64,000 nucleotides of DNA from Macrostomum lignano (taxonomy: Eukaryota): NCBI GenBank assembly GCA_002269645.1, contig NIVC01000106.1, positions 434,001 through 498,000 on the forward strand, in the 5' to 3' direction. The notes beneath the pieces are model-generated. The model ran no database searches, was not told the DNA's origin, and saw nothing but the letters and a program-made list of their open reading frames with translations. Shown one piece after another: positions 42,811 through 57,999 of the stretch (positions are counted from its first letter, which is position 1; every line of letters begins with the position of its first letter). The translations under genes were made by a program, and so were the position numbers.

Positions 42811-45034
42811 TGGAACTCTATCGCATCGCAGAACTGACACGGTGTCTTCGGCTGCGTCGACGGTCTCGCCCTGCTGTTATCAACTACAACAACAACTGTT
42901 CTCAACTAGTGATGAGGCGCTAACGAATGATGCTCGCCAATGGTGCCTCATTCCTTTGGTTATTGCGCTTGTACTTTGCTTCCACAGCTTCTACTTAATA
43001 AAAAAGTCAAAGACCTTCTGCCACCCAGCTCAGCCTCAGACACTTCGAGATGTTAAATCAGCAAGCAGTGCGACTTGATAAATATTGGCTTTCATGTTGA
43101 CCTGACATCCTTGATGCTGGATGCCATCAGAGTCCCATAACCTTTTAAATATCTCGCTCGAGTGCAGGAAGGAAAGTCGCGTTGCAAGAACAGGACTTCA
43201 GGAAAGCTTGAATAAATAAGCAACGCAATAATTGTACTTTATATCGACAATCATTTATTTATTTTGGATAAACGCAATAAATTATACTTATTACCAGTCA
43301 ATGGGGTAGTCGGTGCATAATGTACAGAGACACAGCTTAATGATATTACGAGCTAAGTCGTAACCAAGTTAACAAGAACACAGGTGAGTCAACAATGACT
43401 AAACGCATCCAGTCTTAGCGCGTTCATACGCTGGTGTGACATGCTGAACTTCTCAACACTTCTTGCAAGTCGCTCAGGCAACAGCCGAATGGTTGACATA
43501 TGATGTCATGTGATCGCCCTTGCGGATCATGCAGGTCTGAAATGCTGCGACTCCGAGACGTCTCAAAGCGCCACTGAAATTCTTGTCATTGTCAACTTCG
43601 CGGCAGCTGTTGAGTACATCGCGCATAACACAAAAAACAGAGACTGCGGCATGACTCTCAGCCAAAGATGCAAAAATTACATTTCGTAATATTGCAGAGG
43701 GTGGACCCAAGTATAAGTACAAATCCTAACAAAAAACTGCTTAGTTGTTTAATCTGAAAAATGGATTCAGATTACCTGATCACTATGAGAAACCGTGTAT
43801 TTAATAATGGCAATTATGCCGAATTTACGTAAAAATAAAAGTACAAAACTTTGATGCTTTTATAACTGTAGAGATGAGGTATTAAAAGAGCAAAGTGCAC
43901 ATTTTATGGATCAATTATGGAATAAGCTGAGTCGGCTGAGTCGCTTCATCAAACTGGCGCAGGCGCGGCTGTGAATGTTTTGTCAAAGTCTGCCGCAATC
44001 ATCGAGCAAACAAACTTTAAGTGACGCAACAGCGCGTCAGCGCTGGCAAAAGTGCGCAATAAAATTCAGTAAATTTTGCACTGCGTTCAAAACGGAGCAG
44101 CGAATTAAAGGCTCCCGCCTTCGCCAGTGCGCGGTTGCGAGAGCGACTGCTGTTCTCAGGCTCTCAGGCTACAGCAGCCTGGCCAATTATCGTGAAGGAA
44201 GGGATGACGGCAGGCAGGGAGGGGAGCAAGACAGGAGGATTGCGGTGATATTAAAGGTCAAACCTGAGCAAGATCTAATGAGTTTTGATTGCTTTGTAGA
44301 GGTTCATTCATTGAATGTTACTGTAAGTAGAACAATGCACACATTCGCAGCAAAACTTGAACTTCGTTAAGTTAAACTTAAACGTTACGCTCCAAAGATC
44401 TTACGCTTGCTGGAGCAGCTAAGCGAGGCTACATCTCTGAGGGAAATAAATACTTTTCGGTAAGCCTTTGTTCGAGTCTTCGTTATTTGATTATTGAGAG
44501 CGATTTTATTGCCGGCCATTACTGATCAGTTGAATTACTGAGTTAATTGATTTTGATACCCTAGAGTAACCGATAGGGGCACACGACTCCGATTCGGTTA
44601 TTTCTAGAAGAAGACGCCCTTTCTGAAGGACGTCGTTATTGCTATGAAGTTGACTTTGTTATTAGGGCGCATCTCTGATAATTGACTTCTGCACTCGAGA
44701 AATTCTTCGACGTCGACGGATTAAATTGTAACGCGCTCACATTCGGCCGATTTTTAGAATTCAAGAAGACTACTCCGGAGGAAGACTCCATAGAAGACTA
44801 CGAGCCCTACGAACCTGCCCGACAAAGAAGAGGAGCCCGCACCCGTGAGTGATCACTGAATTTTGTTCCCAGGCTTAAGGTCTGGAAGTGAGAGTTTTCG
44901 GGTGACTGATCACCACCCGATTAAACTCTTCAGCTTGATGGCTTGATAATTTTGATAGTTCTTGTAGATAAATGCAAATTTTCAATTTCTACAGCACGGC
45001 AAACACAATAGACAGCCAGCTGCTTAGTACTCAC

Positions 45035-45137
45035 CTCAGCCATGGAGCTGCTCGAGTGCCTTCGGCTGCTCAAGGGCGGCTGAGTCGCTGCCGAGGTGCT
45101 GACAGAGCTGATGTGCTGCGCTGAGTTTGAGATGCGT
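45035..45137 (-). other. Candidate upstream exon (M-A-E) for ankyrin gene copy 2
   Basis: Same 103-nt exon-like segment: ATG 45043-45041, donor GTGAGT at 45034. Confidence 0.45.
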
Positions 45138-45177
45138 CTGAGAATGGAGGTGGGACTTACGATGACGGTGGTGTACA

Positions 45178-45756
<579 letters not shown>

Positions 45757-48700
45757 CTCTTACGACTGTCTGTGTGTTTAGCGGGACCTGAGTTATGTTA
45801 ATGCGTTACGTGGACCACGCAATTCCGGTTAAAAAATAGAGTCTGTTTTGACAACGCGAAAGGCTAGCTAGGGTTATCTTTTTGTTAACTTGACGGAATA
45901 GCCAGTTCGTGGAAACTGTGGTGGTTCACTAACTACGTTTTGGGGACCGGGTTAGGTGGACCGCAAAAAAACAGTTGGTTTAGTTAGACCTCTTTCGTTG
46001 TAGAAAATTTATTGCTTTAAACTGTTCTTTTGAACTAATTAAAACAGAAATTCTCAAAAAGAACAGATAAAAGGGTTACGACGTCATTTAATGAAAATAT
46101 CCCAAGTTCAAACCAATTTATTTAGCATTATTAATCGGGTTAATCGGGTTAAACAAATGTACGATCGCATTAGTTAGTTGCGTCGCGTGAATACAAGAAG
46201 GTGAATGAAAATAAAGCATTTTAAAAATAAATACCGAATCATATCAAATACTAACTGTAAACTCATTAAAACTAATTTAGGTCAAAATGTATGCTTCAAA
46301 TACATGTTAACAAACGTAAGATTCCATTAGTTAATAAAGGTCATCCGAGTACGAGCCTACAAGAAGTTGAAGGGCATTTTTAATAACGACAAAAGTTACT
46401 AAAACTGAAATTAAATTTATTTGACTACATCAGTCCTATTATACTGAATGAGTTGGTGAGCAATCATATGCTAAGCCAATCATTTTACCGACTTTCATCT
46501 TTTCGTTCACGCAGATGATGGCTTAATCTTCTTATTTTTTCTACGAAATATTCTCCTGGACCTTCCCTGCCTCCGTGGTCCGGGACCGCTTCTGTTATTG
46601 ATCTGTCATTGCCTCTCTCACGAAGTTCAGCTTACTCAGCCATCGAATCCGCTTTCGTCAGCTCAGCTCTATGATGAACCTTTCTATATTTCTCGTCAAT
46701 TAGTGGTTTGAATCTTCTTTTACAGTTCGTTTTAACCTTCATCTCGGTGAAACGCAGTCAGTCTCGTCGAGATCAGGCGAACAAAATCAACCACAGGCTC
46801 CTACAAAGGTAGAAAATAAAATTAACTGACAATCAAACAGACACAGAAATCTGTTCCAGTTGTGTCTGTAGGTTATGTGGACCACCTGAGAGCCAGAGCC
46901 TCAAACAGACAGAGAAATCTGTTCGAGTTGTGTCTGTAGGTTAGATGGACCAGCTATTCTACAGCACTTCTAGGCGATAATCTGAGCCAGGAATCTCCAA
47001 GAGCCTCTCGTTACACATCCAGATGTTCTGCCTTGATGCTGGACTAGCTCACTTTCTAGGAATCTGTTCTGATTGCATTCTAACAAACTGAAGCATTCTC
47101 GGCACTAAACATTCTCGGCGGCTCTGAGAGCCAGAGCCTCAAACAGACAGAGAAATCTGTTCGAGTTGTGTCTGTAGGTTAGGTGGACCAGCTATTCTAC
47201 AGCACTTCTAGGCGATAATCTGAGCCAGGAATCTCCGAGAGCCTTTCGTTACACATCCAGATGTTCTGCCTTGATGCTGGACTAGCTCACTTCCTAGGAA
47301 TCTGTTCTGATTACATTCTAACAAACTGAAGCATTCTCGGCACTAAACTTTCTCAGCGGCTCTGAGATCCAGAGCCTCAAACAGACAGAAATCTGTTCGA
47401 GTTGTGTCTGTAGGTTAGGTGGACCAGCTACTCCACAGCACTTCTAGGCGATAATCTGAGCCAGGAGTCTTCGAGAGACTTTCGTTACACATCCAGATGT
47501 TCTGCCTTGATGCTGGACTAGCTCACTTTCTAGGAATCTGTTCTGATTGCATTCTAACAAACTGAAGCATTTTCTGCACTAAACTTTCTCGGCGGCTCTG
47601 AGAGCCAGAGCCTAAACAGACAGAGAAATCTGCTCGAGTTGTGTCTGTAGGTTAGGTGGACCACCTTCTGAGAAACAAAGCCTCAAACAGACTGAGAGAG
47701 CTGCTTCAGTTCTGTCTGTAGGTTATGTGGACCATTTAAGAGCCAGAGCCTCAAACAGACAGAGAAATCTGTTCGAGTTGTGTCTGTAGGTTAGGTGGAC
47801 CAGCTATTCTACAGCACTTCTAGACGATAATCCGAGCCAGGAATCTCCGAGAGCCTCTCGTTACACATCCAGATGTTCTGCCTTGATGCTGGACTAGCTC
47901 ACTTTCTAGGAATCTGTTCTGATTGCATTCTAACAAACTGAAGCATTTTCTGCACTAAACTTTCTCGGTGGCTCTAAGAGCCAGAGCCTAAACAGACAGA
48001 GAAATCTGCTTGAGGAGTTGTGTCTGTAGGTTAGGTGGACCACCTTCTGAGAGACAAAGCCTCAAACAGACTGAGAGAGCTGCTTCAGTTCTGTTTGTAG
48101 GTTATGTGGACCATTTAAGAGCCAGAGCCTCAAACAGACAGAGAAATCTGTTCGAGTTGTGTCTGTATGTTAGGTGGACCAGCTATTCTATAGCACTTCT
48201 AGGCGATAATCTGAGCCAGGAATCTCCGAGAGCCTCTCGTTACACATCCAGATGTTCTGCCTTGATGCTGGACTAGCTCACTTTCTAGGAATCTGTTCTG
48301 ATTGCATTCTAACAAACTGAAGCATTCTCGGCACTAAACTTTCTCAGCGGCTCTGAGAGCCAGAGCCTCAAACAGACAGAGAAATCTGTTCGAGTTGTGT
48401 CTGTAGGTTAGGTGGAGCAGCTACTCCACAGCACTTCTAGGCGATAATCTGAGCCAGGAATCTCCGAGAGCCTCTCGTTACACATCCAGATGTTCTGCCT
48501 TGATGCTGGACTAGCTCACTTTCTAGGAATCTGTTCTGATTGCATTCTAACAAACTGAAGCATTCTCGGCACTAAACTTTCTCAGCGGCTCTGAGAGCCA
48601 GAGCCTCAAACAGACAGAAATCTGTTCGAGTTGTGTCTGTAGGTTAGATGGACCAGCTATTCTACAGCACTTCTAGGCGATAATCTGAGCCAGGAATCTC

Positions 48701-49988
48701 CAAGAGCCTCTCGTTACACATCCAGATGTTCTGCCTTGATGCTGGACTAGCTCACTTTCTAGGAATCTGTTCTGATTGCATTCTAACAAACTGAAGCATT
48801 CTCGGCACTAAACTTTCTCGGCGGCTCTGAGAGACAGAGCCTCAAACAGACAGAGAAATCTGTTCGAGTTGTGTCTGTAGGTTAGGTGGACCAGCTATTC
48901 TACAGCACTTCTAGGCGATAATCTGAGCCAGGAATCTCCGAGAGCCTTTCGTTACACATCCAGATGTTCTGCCTTGATGCTGGACTAGCTCACTTTCTAG
49001 GAATCTGTTCTGATTACATTCTAACAAACTGAAGCATTCTCGGCACTAAACTTTCTCAGCGGCTCTGAGATCCAGAGCCTCAAACAGACAGAAATCTGTT
49101 CGAGTTGTGTCTGTAGGTTAGATGGACCAGCTACTCCACAGCACTTCTAGGCGATAATCTGAGCCAGGAGTCTTCGAGAGACTTTCGTTACACATCCAGA
49201 TGTTCTGCCTTGATGCTGGACTAGCTCACTTTCTAGGAATCTGTTCTGATTGCATTCTAACAAACTGAAGCATTTTCTGCACTAAACTTTCTCGGCGGCT
49301 CTAAGAGCCAGAGCCTAAACAGACAGAGAAATCTGCTCGAGTTGTGTCTGTAGGTTAGGTGGACCACCTTCTGAGAGACAAAGCCTCAAACAGACTGAGA
49401 GAGCTGCTTCAGTTCTGTCTGTAGGTTATGTGGACCATTTAAGAGCCAGAGCCTCAAACAGACAGAGAAATCTGTTCGAGTTGTGTCTTTAGGTTAGGTG
49501 GACCAGCTATTCTACAGCACTTCTAGGCGATAATCCGAGCCAGGAATCTCCGAGAGCCTCTCGTTACACATCCAGATGTTCTGCCTTGATGCTGGACTAG
49601 CTCACTTTCTAGGAATCTGTTCTGATTGCATTCTAACAAACTGAAGCATTTTCTGCACTAAACTTTCTCGGTGGCTCTAAGAGCCAGAGCCTAAACAGAC
49701 AGAGAAATCTGCTCGAGTTGTGTCTGTAGGTTAGGTGGACCACCTTCTGAGAGACAAAGCCTCAAACAGACTGAGAGAGCTGCTTCAGTTCTGTTTGTAG
49801 GTTATGTGGACCATTTAAGAGCCAGAGCCTCAAACAGACAGAGAAATCTGTTCGAGTTGTGTCTGTATGTTAGGTGGACCAGCTATTCTACAGCACTTCT
49901 AGGCGATAATCTGAGCCAGGAATCTCCGAGAGCCTCTCGTTACACATCCAGATGTTCTGCCTTGATGCTGGACTAGCTCACTTTCTAG

Positions 49989-50285
49989 CATACATGCGCA
50001 ACAGTCGGCCGAGTCGGCCGATCCGGCCGACCGATTTAGCGGCCAACCAAGGTAAGTCGCAAAAATGCCCACCCAAAAGAATCATACGTAGTACTAATTA
50101 GATGACGAGGCATTTAGCCCTTTTAAGACAGTTATAGTTACTCCTGCCGTTTACCCAAAATTGCGTTAATTTTGCTTAAGGGTTTCTTTTACAGGTAAGT
50201 CGCATTTTTGGCCAAAAACTACGTCGCATTTTTTGTTAAAACTAAGTCGCACGGCCGACCGAATTTTGGAGGTTGCGCATGTATG
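49989..50285. mobile_element. 297-bp MITE (hAT- or P-type) inserted in a satellite monomer
   Basis: Perfect 14-bp TIR CATACATGCGCAAC / GTTGCGCATGTATG and 8-bp TSD CTTTCTAG (49981-49988 and 50286-50293). Subterminal CGGCCGA and AAGTCGCA repeats. Confidence 0.95.
50093..50156 (-). pseudogene. Captured 28S (LSU) rRNA fragment, helix 69-71 region
   Basis: The minus strand GGGTAAACGGCAGGAGTAACTATAACTGTCTTAAAAGGGCTAAATGCCTCGTCATCTAATTAGT matches the conserved eukaryotic 28S sequence (recalled from memory) GGGTAAACGGCGGGAGTAACTATGACTCTCTTAAGGTAGCCAAATGCCTCGTCATCTAATTAGT at 56/64, ungapped. Confidence 0.9.
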
Positions 50286-53200
50286 CTTTCTAGGAATCTG
50301 TTCTGATTGCATTCTAACAAACTGAAGCATTCTCGGCACTAAACTTTCTCAGCGGCTCTGAGAGCCAGAGCCTTAAACAGACAGAAATCTGTTCGAGTTG
50401 TGTCTGTAGGTTAGATGGACCAGCTATTCTACAGCACTTCTAGGCGATAATCTGAGCCAGGAATCTCCAAGAGCCTCTCGTTACACATCCAGATGTTCTG
50501 CCTTGATGCTGGACTAGCTCACTTTCTAGGAATCTGTTCTGATTGCATTCTAACAAACTGAAGCATTCTCGGCACTAAACTTTCTCGGCGGCTCTGAGAG
50601 CCAGAGCCTCAAACAGACAGAGAAATCTGTTCGAGTTGTGTCTGTAGGTTAGGTGGACCAGCTATTCTACAGCACTTCTAGGCGATAATCTGAGCCAGGA
50701 ATCTCCGAGAGCCTCTCGTTACACATCCAGATGTTCTGCCTTGATGCTGACTAGCTCACTTTCTAGGAATCTGTTCTGATTACATTCTAACAAACTGAAG
50801 AATTCTCGGCACTAAACTTTCTCGGCGGCTCTGAGAGCCAGAGCCTCAAACAGACAGAGAAATCTGTTCGAGTTGTGTCTGTAGGTTAGGTGGACCAGCT
50901 ATTCTACAGCACTTCTAGGCGATAATCTGAGCCAGGAATCTCCGAGAGCCTCTCGTTACACATCCAGATGTTCTGCCTTGATGCTGGACTAGCTCACTTT
51001 CTAGGAATCTGTTCTGATTACATTCTAACAAACTGAAGCATTCTCGGCACTAAACTTTCTCGGCGGCTCTGAGATCCAGAGCCTCAAACAGACAGAAATC
51101 TGTTCGAGTTGTGTCTGTAGGTTAGGTGGACCAGCTACTCCACAGCACTTCTAGGCGATAATCTGAGCCAGGAGTCTTCGAGAGACTTTCGTTACACATC
51201 CAGATGTTCTGCCTTGATGCTGGACTAGCTCACGTTCTAGGAATCTGTTCTGATTGCATTGTAACAAACTGAAGCATTTTCTGCACTAAACTTTCTCGGC
51301 GGCTCTAAGAGCCAGAGCCTAAACAGACAGAGAAATCTGCTCGAGTTGTGTCTGTAGGTTAGGTGGACCACCTTCTGAGAGACAAAGCCTCAAACAGACT
51401 GAGAGAGCTGCTTCAGTTCTGTCTGTAGGTTATGTGGACCATTTAAGAGCCAGAGCCTCAAACAGACAGAGAAATCTGTTCGAGTTGTGTCTGTAGGTTA
51501 GGTGGACCAGCTATTCTACAGCACTTCTAGGCGATAATCCGAGCCAGGAATCTCCGAGAGCCTCTCGTTACACATCCAGATGTTCTGCCTTGATGCTGGA
51601 CTAGCTCACTTTCTAGGAATCTGTTCTGATTGCATTCTAACAAACTGAAGCATTTTCTGCACTAAACTTTCTCGGTGGCTCTAAGAGCCAGAGCCTAAAC
51701 AGACAGAGAAATCTGCTCGAGTTGTGTCTGTAGGTTAGGTGGACCACCTTCTGAGAGACAAAGCCTCAAACAGACTGAGAGAGCTGCTTCAGTTCTGTCT
51801 GTAGGTTATGTGGACCATTTAAGAGCCAGAGCCTCAAACAGACAGAGAAATCTGTTCGAGTTGTGTCTTTAGGTTAGGTGGACCAGCTATTCTACAGCAC
51901 TTCTAGGCGATAATCTGAGCCAGGAATCTCCAAGAGCCTCTCGTTACACATCCAGATGTTCTGCCTTGATGCTGGACTAGCTCACTTTCTAGGAATCTGT
52001 TCTGATTGCATTCTAACAAACTGAAGCATTCTCGGCACTAAATTTTCTCGGCGGCTCTGAGAGCCAGAGCCTCAAACAGACAGAGAAATCTGTTCGAGTT
52101 GTGTCTGTAGGTTAGGTGGACCAGCTATTCTACAGCACTTCTAGGCGATAATCTGAGCCAGGAATCTCCGAGAGCCTCTCGTTACACATCCAGATGTTCT
52201 GCCTTGATGCTGGACTAGCTTACTTTCTAGGAATCTGTTCTGATTACATTCTAACAAACTGAAGCATTCTCGGCACTAAACTTTCTCGGCGGCTCTGAGA
52301 GCCAGAGCCTCAAACAGACAGAAATCTGTTCGAGTTGTGTCTGTAGGTTAGGTGGACCAGCTACTCCACAGCACTTCTAGGCGATAATCTGAGCCAGGAG
52401 TCTTCGAGAGACTTTCGTTACACATCCAGATGTTCTGCCTTGATGCTGGACTAGCTCACTTTCTAGGAATCTGTTCTGATTGCATTGTAACAAACTGAAG
52501 CATTTTCTGCACTAAACTTTCTCGGCGGCTCTAAGAGCCAGAGCCTAAACAGACAGAGAAATCTGCTCGAGTTGTGTCTGTAGGTTAGGTGGACCACCTT
52601 CTGAGAGACAAAGCCTCAAACAGACTGAGAGAGCTGCTTCAGTTCTGTCTGTAGGTTATGTGGACCATTTAAGAGCCAGAGCCTCAAACAGACAGAGAAA
52701 TCTGTTCGAGTTGTGTCTGTAGGTTAGGTGGACCAGCTACTCCACAGCACTTCTAGGCGATAATCTGAGCCAGGAATCTCCGAGAGCCTCTCGTTACACA
52801 TCCAGATGTTCTGCCTTGATGCTGGACTAGCTCACTTTCTAGGAATCTGTTCTGATTGCATTCTAACAAACTGAAGCATTCTCGGCACTATACTTTCTCG
52901 GCGGCTCTGAGAGCCAGAGCCTAAACAGACAGAGAAATCTGTTCGAGTTGTGTCTGTAGGTTAGGTGGACCAGCTACTCCACAGCACTTCTAGGCGATAA
53001 TCTGAGCCAGGAATCTCCGAGAGCCTCTCGTTACACATCCAGATGTTCTGCCTTGATGCTGGACTAGCTCACTTTCTAGGAATCTGTTCTGATTGCATTC
53101 TAACAAACTGAAGCATTCTCGGCACTATACTTTCTCGGCGGCTCTGAGAGCCAGAGCCTTAAACAGACAGAAATCTGTTCGAGTTGTGTCTGTAGGTTAG

Positions 53201-56200
53201 ATGGACCAGCTATTCTACAGCACTTCTAGGCGATAATCTGAGCCAGGAATCTCCGAGAGCCTCTCGTTACACATCCAGATGTTCTGCCTTGATGCTGGAC
53301 TAGCTCACTTTCTAGGAATCTGTTCTGATTGCATTCTAACAAACTGAAGCATTCTCGGCACTAAACTTTCTCGGCGGCTCTGAGAGCCAGAGCCTCAAAC
53401 AGACAGAGAAATCTGTTCGAGTTGTGTCTGTAGGTTAGGTGGACCAGCTATTCTACAGCACTTCTAGGCGATAATCTGAGCCAGGAATCTCCGAGAGCCT
53501 CTCGTTACACATCCAGATGTTCTGCCTTGATGCTGGACTAGCTCACTTTCTAAGAATCTGTTCTGATTGCATTCTAACAAACTGAAGCATTTTCTGCACT
53601 AAACTTTCTCGGCGGCTCTAAGAGCCAGAGCCTAAACAGACAGAGAAATCTGCTCGAGTTGTGTCTGTAGGTTAGGTGGACCACCTTCTGAGAGACAAAG
53701 CCTCAAACAGACTGAGAGAGCTGCTTCAGTTCTGTCTGTAGGTTATGTGGACCATTTAAGAGCCAGAGCCTCAAACAGACAGAGAAATCTGTTCGAGTTG
53801 TGTCTGTAGGTTAGGTGGACCAGCTATTCTACAGCACTTCTAGGCGATAATCCGAGCCAGGAATCTCTAAGAGCCTCTCGTTACGCATCCAGATGTTCTG
53901 CCTTGATGCTGGACTAGCTCACTTTCTAGGAATCTGTTCTGATTGCATTCTAACAAACTGAAGCATTCTCGGCACTAAACTTTCTCGGCGGCTCTAAGAG
54001 CCAGAGCCTCAAACAGACAGAGAAATCTGTTCGAGTTGTGTCTGTAAGTTAGATGGACCAGCTATTCTACAGCACTTCTAGGCGATAATCTGAGCCAGGA
54101 ATCTCCGAGAGCCTCTCGTTACACATCCAGATGTTCTGCCTTGATGCTGGACTAGCTCACATTCTAGGAATCTGTTCTGATTGCATTCTAACAAACTGAA
54201 GCATTCTCGGCAACAAAAAATTCTCGGCGGCTCTGAGAGCCAGAGCCTCAAACAGACAGAGAAATCTGTTCGAGTTGTGTCTGTAGGTTAGGTGGACCAG
54301 CTACTCCACAGCACTTCTAGGCGATAATCTGAGCCAGGAATCTCCGAGAGCCTCTCGTTACACATCCAGATGTTCTGCCTTGATGCTGGACTAGCTCACT
54401 TTCTAGGAATCTGTTCTGATTGCATTCTAACAAACTGAAGCATTCTCGGCACTAAACTTTCTCGGCGGCTCTGAGAGCCAGAGCCTCAAACAGACAGAGA
54501 AATCTGTTCGAGTTGTGTCTGTAGGTTAGGTGGACCAGCTACTCCACAGCACTTCTAGGCGATAATCTGAGCCAGGAATCTTCAAGAGACTTTCGTTACA
54601 CATCCAGATGTTCTGCCTTGATGCTGGACTAGCTCACTTTCTAGGAATCTGTTCTGATTGCATTCTAACAAACTGAAGCATTCTCGGCACTAAATTTTCT
54701 CGGCGGTTCTGAGAGCCAGAGCTTCAAACAGACAGAGAAATCTGTTCGAGTTGTGTCTGTAGGTTAGGTGGACCAGCTATTCTACAGCACTTCTAGGCGA
54801 TAATCCGAGCCAGGAATCTCCGAGAGCCTCTCGTTACACATCCAGATGTTCTGCCTTGATGCTGGACTAGCTCACTTTCTAAGAATCTGTTCTGATTGCA
54901 TTCTAACAAACTGAAGCATTCTCGGCACTAAATTTTCTCGGCGGCTCTGAGAGCCAGAGCCTCAAACAGACAGAAATCTGTTCGAGTTGTGTCTGTAGGT
55001 TAGGTGGACCAGCTATTCTACAGCACTTCTAGGCGATAATCCGAGCCAGGAATCTCCGAGAGCCTCTCGTTACACATCCAGATGTTCTGCCTTGATGCTG
55101 GACTAGCTCACTTTCTAGGAATCTGTTCTGATTGCATTCTAACAAACTGAAGCATTTTCTGCACTAAACTTTCTCGGCGGCTCTGAGAGCCAGAGCCCTA
55201 AACAGACAGAGAAATCTGTTCGAGTTGTGTCTGTAGGTTAGGTGGACCACCTTCTGAGAGACAAAGCCTCAAACAGACTGAGAGAGCTGCTTCAGTTCTG
55301 TCTGTAGGTTATGTGGACCACCTAATAGCCAGAGCTCTAAACAGACAGAGAAATCTGTTCGAGTTGTGTCTGTAGGTTAGGTGGACCAGCTATTCTATAG
55401 CACTTCTAGGCGATAATCTGAGCCAGGAATCTCCGAGAGCCTCTCGTTACACATCCAGATGTTCTGCCTTGATGCTGGACTAGCTCACTTTCTAGGAATA
55501 TGTTCTGATTGCATTCTAACAAACTGAAGCATTCTCGGCACTAAACTTTCTCAGCGGCTCTGAGAGCCAGAGCCTCAAACAGACAGAGAAATCTGTTCGA
55601 GTTGTGTCTGTAGGTTAGGTGGACCAGCTTCTCTACAGCAATTGAGTTGCAGGCCTTGCAGCTAGCTACTTTGAGATCATCAAACGAAACTCACTTTTCT
55701 GGACTCGGTGTCGACGGATTTGCGAGCAGACTGATGATTTTCACCAGGCGATGCGGCTTCTTCGATTTCGCAGTGGCTTTTTGCGACGGTGTTTTTTTAG
55801 TTTTTATTTTAGGCTTGGCGTCCTTTTTTGCGGGTCATCATATCTTGGTTGTAGATTACAGTTTTTGGCACAATAAATTTATATATGGATGAAACTTGGA
55901 GTAATGATTAACATTAGACCTATTAAGTATAAAAAACCGTTCTAATTTATACAATTGCAATCCTTTAGAGTTGTATAGTATGGATTATAAGTACTTTCTT
56001 TTAAACTGTCTGTGTCTGGTCTCACTACGCCATGGTTTACGTGGACCACCCGCTTAGACATTATATATCCCTCTCTCCACTGTCTTACCTTCAGAACGCT
56101 TGCGGGTTTCCTATTGGCTGCGGTCGGTCCCATTGTTGGGGTGGATCTATCCTCCTAAGTGTTAACCAGCCAATAAGAAAGGGAGGTCTGTCTGTCTGTC

Positions 56201-57368
56201 TGTTCCAACCCTATACTCCTGCACATGTGTTTACGTGGACCAAACAGACAGTGAGTGTTAGGCTGACTGTTAATGCGTTCTTAGTTTTACTGGGACCGCA
56301 ATCAAGTCGACCTTTTGCTAGAGAGTCAGAGACCCAATCGCTAGCTAAAAGGCCCTTCTTAATTGCGTCCTCTTGATCAAATCTTTTGCATGTACATGTA
56401 TGAATTGTCCTTTTCAATTAGGTAAATTGCATCTTCAACTTTGCACTTGAAAGGCTGCAGCTTAGGATCTTCTTCTTCCAACATTGGAGGAGGATAGAAC
56501 AGGATATCCCATAGTGTTTAGGATAGAATTGGCAAGCACTTAATTCATGAAGTTGCTATTTTCTTCTTGTGTAATGGTAGAGCCTCAGAAATTCGCATTT
56601 ACACAGTGTGGCTATCAAGGACCACTGGGAGTTCTTGAGAAGTCATTGAAGAATACTATTTAGGCTTCACTTAAATATCTTTCTTGTCTCGGAGTCTTTA
56701 TCGTTTGATCTGGTTAGCGAATTGGATTTCTTTACGTTGGTGTCTTACTCTGTGAGTCTGTGCTCAGAGTACGATACCGAAATTGCTGGAACTGAGCTAA
56801 TTAAATGGAGTTTAAAGTTTACTGTATCAAATTCATTTCGCATACGAGGTTTCAGAATTTAACCTGCGTACCTACTTGAATGTCAAAGATGTTGAACGCA
56901 TATTGTTTTAAAGCCAGTGGCGGTCATAATATGATGTTAACATAGCCATTTGTTCGTAAGGTAATGATCTGTAAAAAATTCAGTTTTGCATCGAATCTAT
57001 GCTTAATAACTGCTATACACAAACAGACACAAACAGACACAAACAGACACAAACAGACGATTTTCGAAAAATTTTCTAAAATTTTTCGGTTTACGTGGAC
57101 CAGACTCGCTCAGTTTAGGTAGACCAGGCTGGAGGTCCAGCTAAACTGAAATGCAAATAACTTTGGAAAAAACCATGCTAGACATCCCAAAATTGCTTAA
57201 GCCTTTCTTGACCCGCCTGACATTAATGTGAGATCCTCATCAACGTCTTAACCCCACCAGAGACAAAATTATTTGGTGGTCCACCTAAGTGGTCTACCTA
57301 CACCGGGTGGTCCAGCTAACGAGGCTACTAAACTTCCAAAAAGTCCACGTAAACACACAGACAGTAGA

Positions 57369-57999
<631 letters not shown>

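Larger units (their letters stand above)
46834..55640. repeat. ~238-bp satellite with ~70-bp truncated subunits and irregular 1.5-1.7 kb higher-order repeats
   Basis: Monomer starts at 46901, 47139 and 47377 (238-bp spacing). About 30 full monomers and 9 pairs of short ~70-bp heads. Confidence 0.97.
45765..57365. mobile_element. 11.6 kb inverted-end, fold-back-like non-autonomous element inserted in the (GACA)n array
   Basis: ACTGTCTGTGTGTTTA (45765-45780) is the exact reverse complement of 57350-57365. Subterminal TTA(G/C)GTGGACC motifs are direct at the left end and inverted at the right end. No transposase ORF was recognised. Confidence 0.65.

Noticed and set aside
46834-55640. Possible CRISPR-like repeat/spacer array
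   Set aside because: The sequence between the repeated heads is itself repeated and there are no unique spacers or cas genes. It is a satellite in a eukaryotic context.
55690-55850. Lysine-rich minus-strand reading (PAKKDAKPKIKTKKTPSQK...) ending at a GTGAGT donor inside the large element
   Set aside because: Short and low-complexity, with a stop immediately upstream. It cannot be assigned to histone H1 or a transposase.
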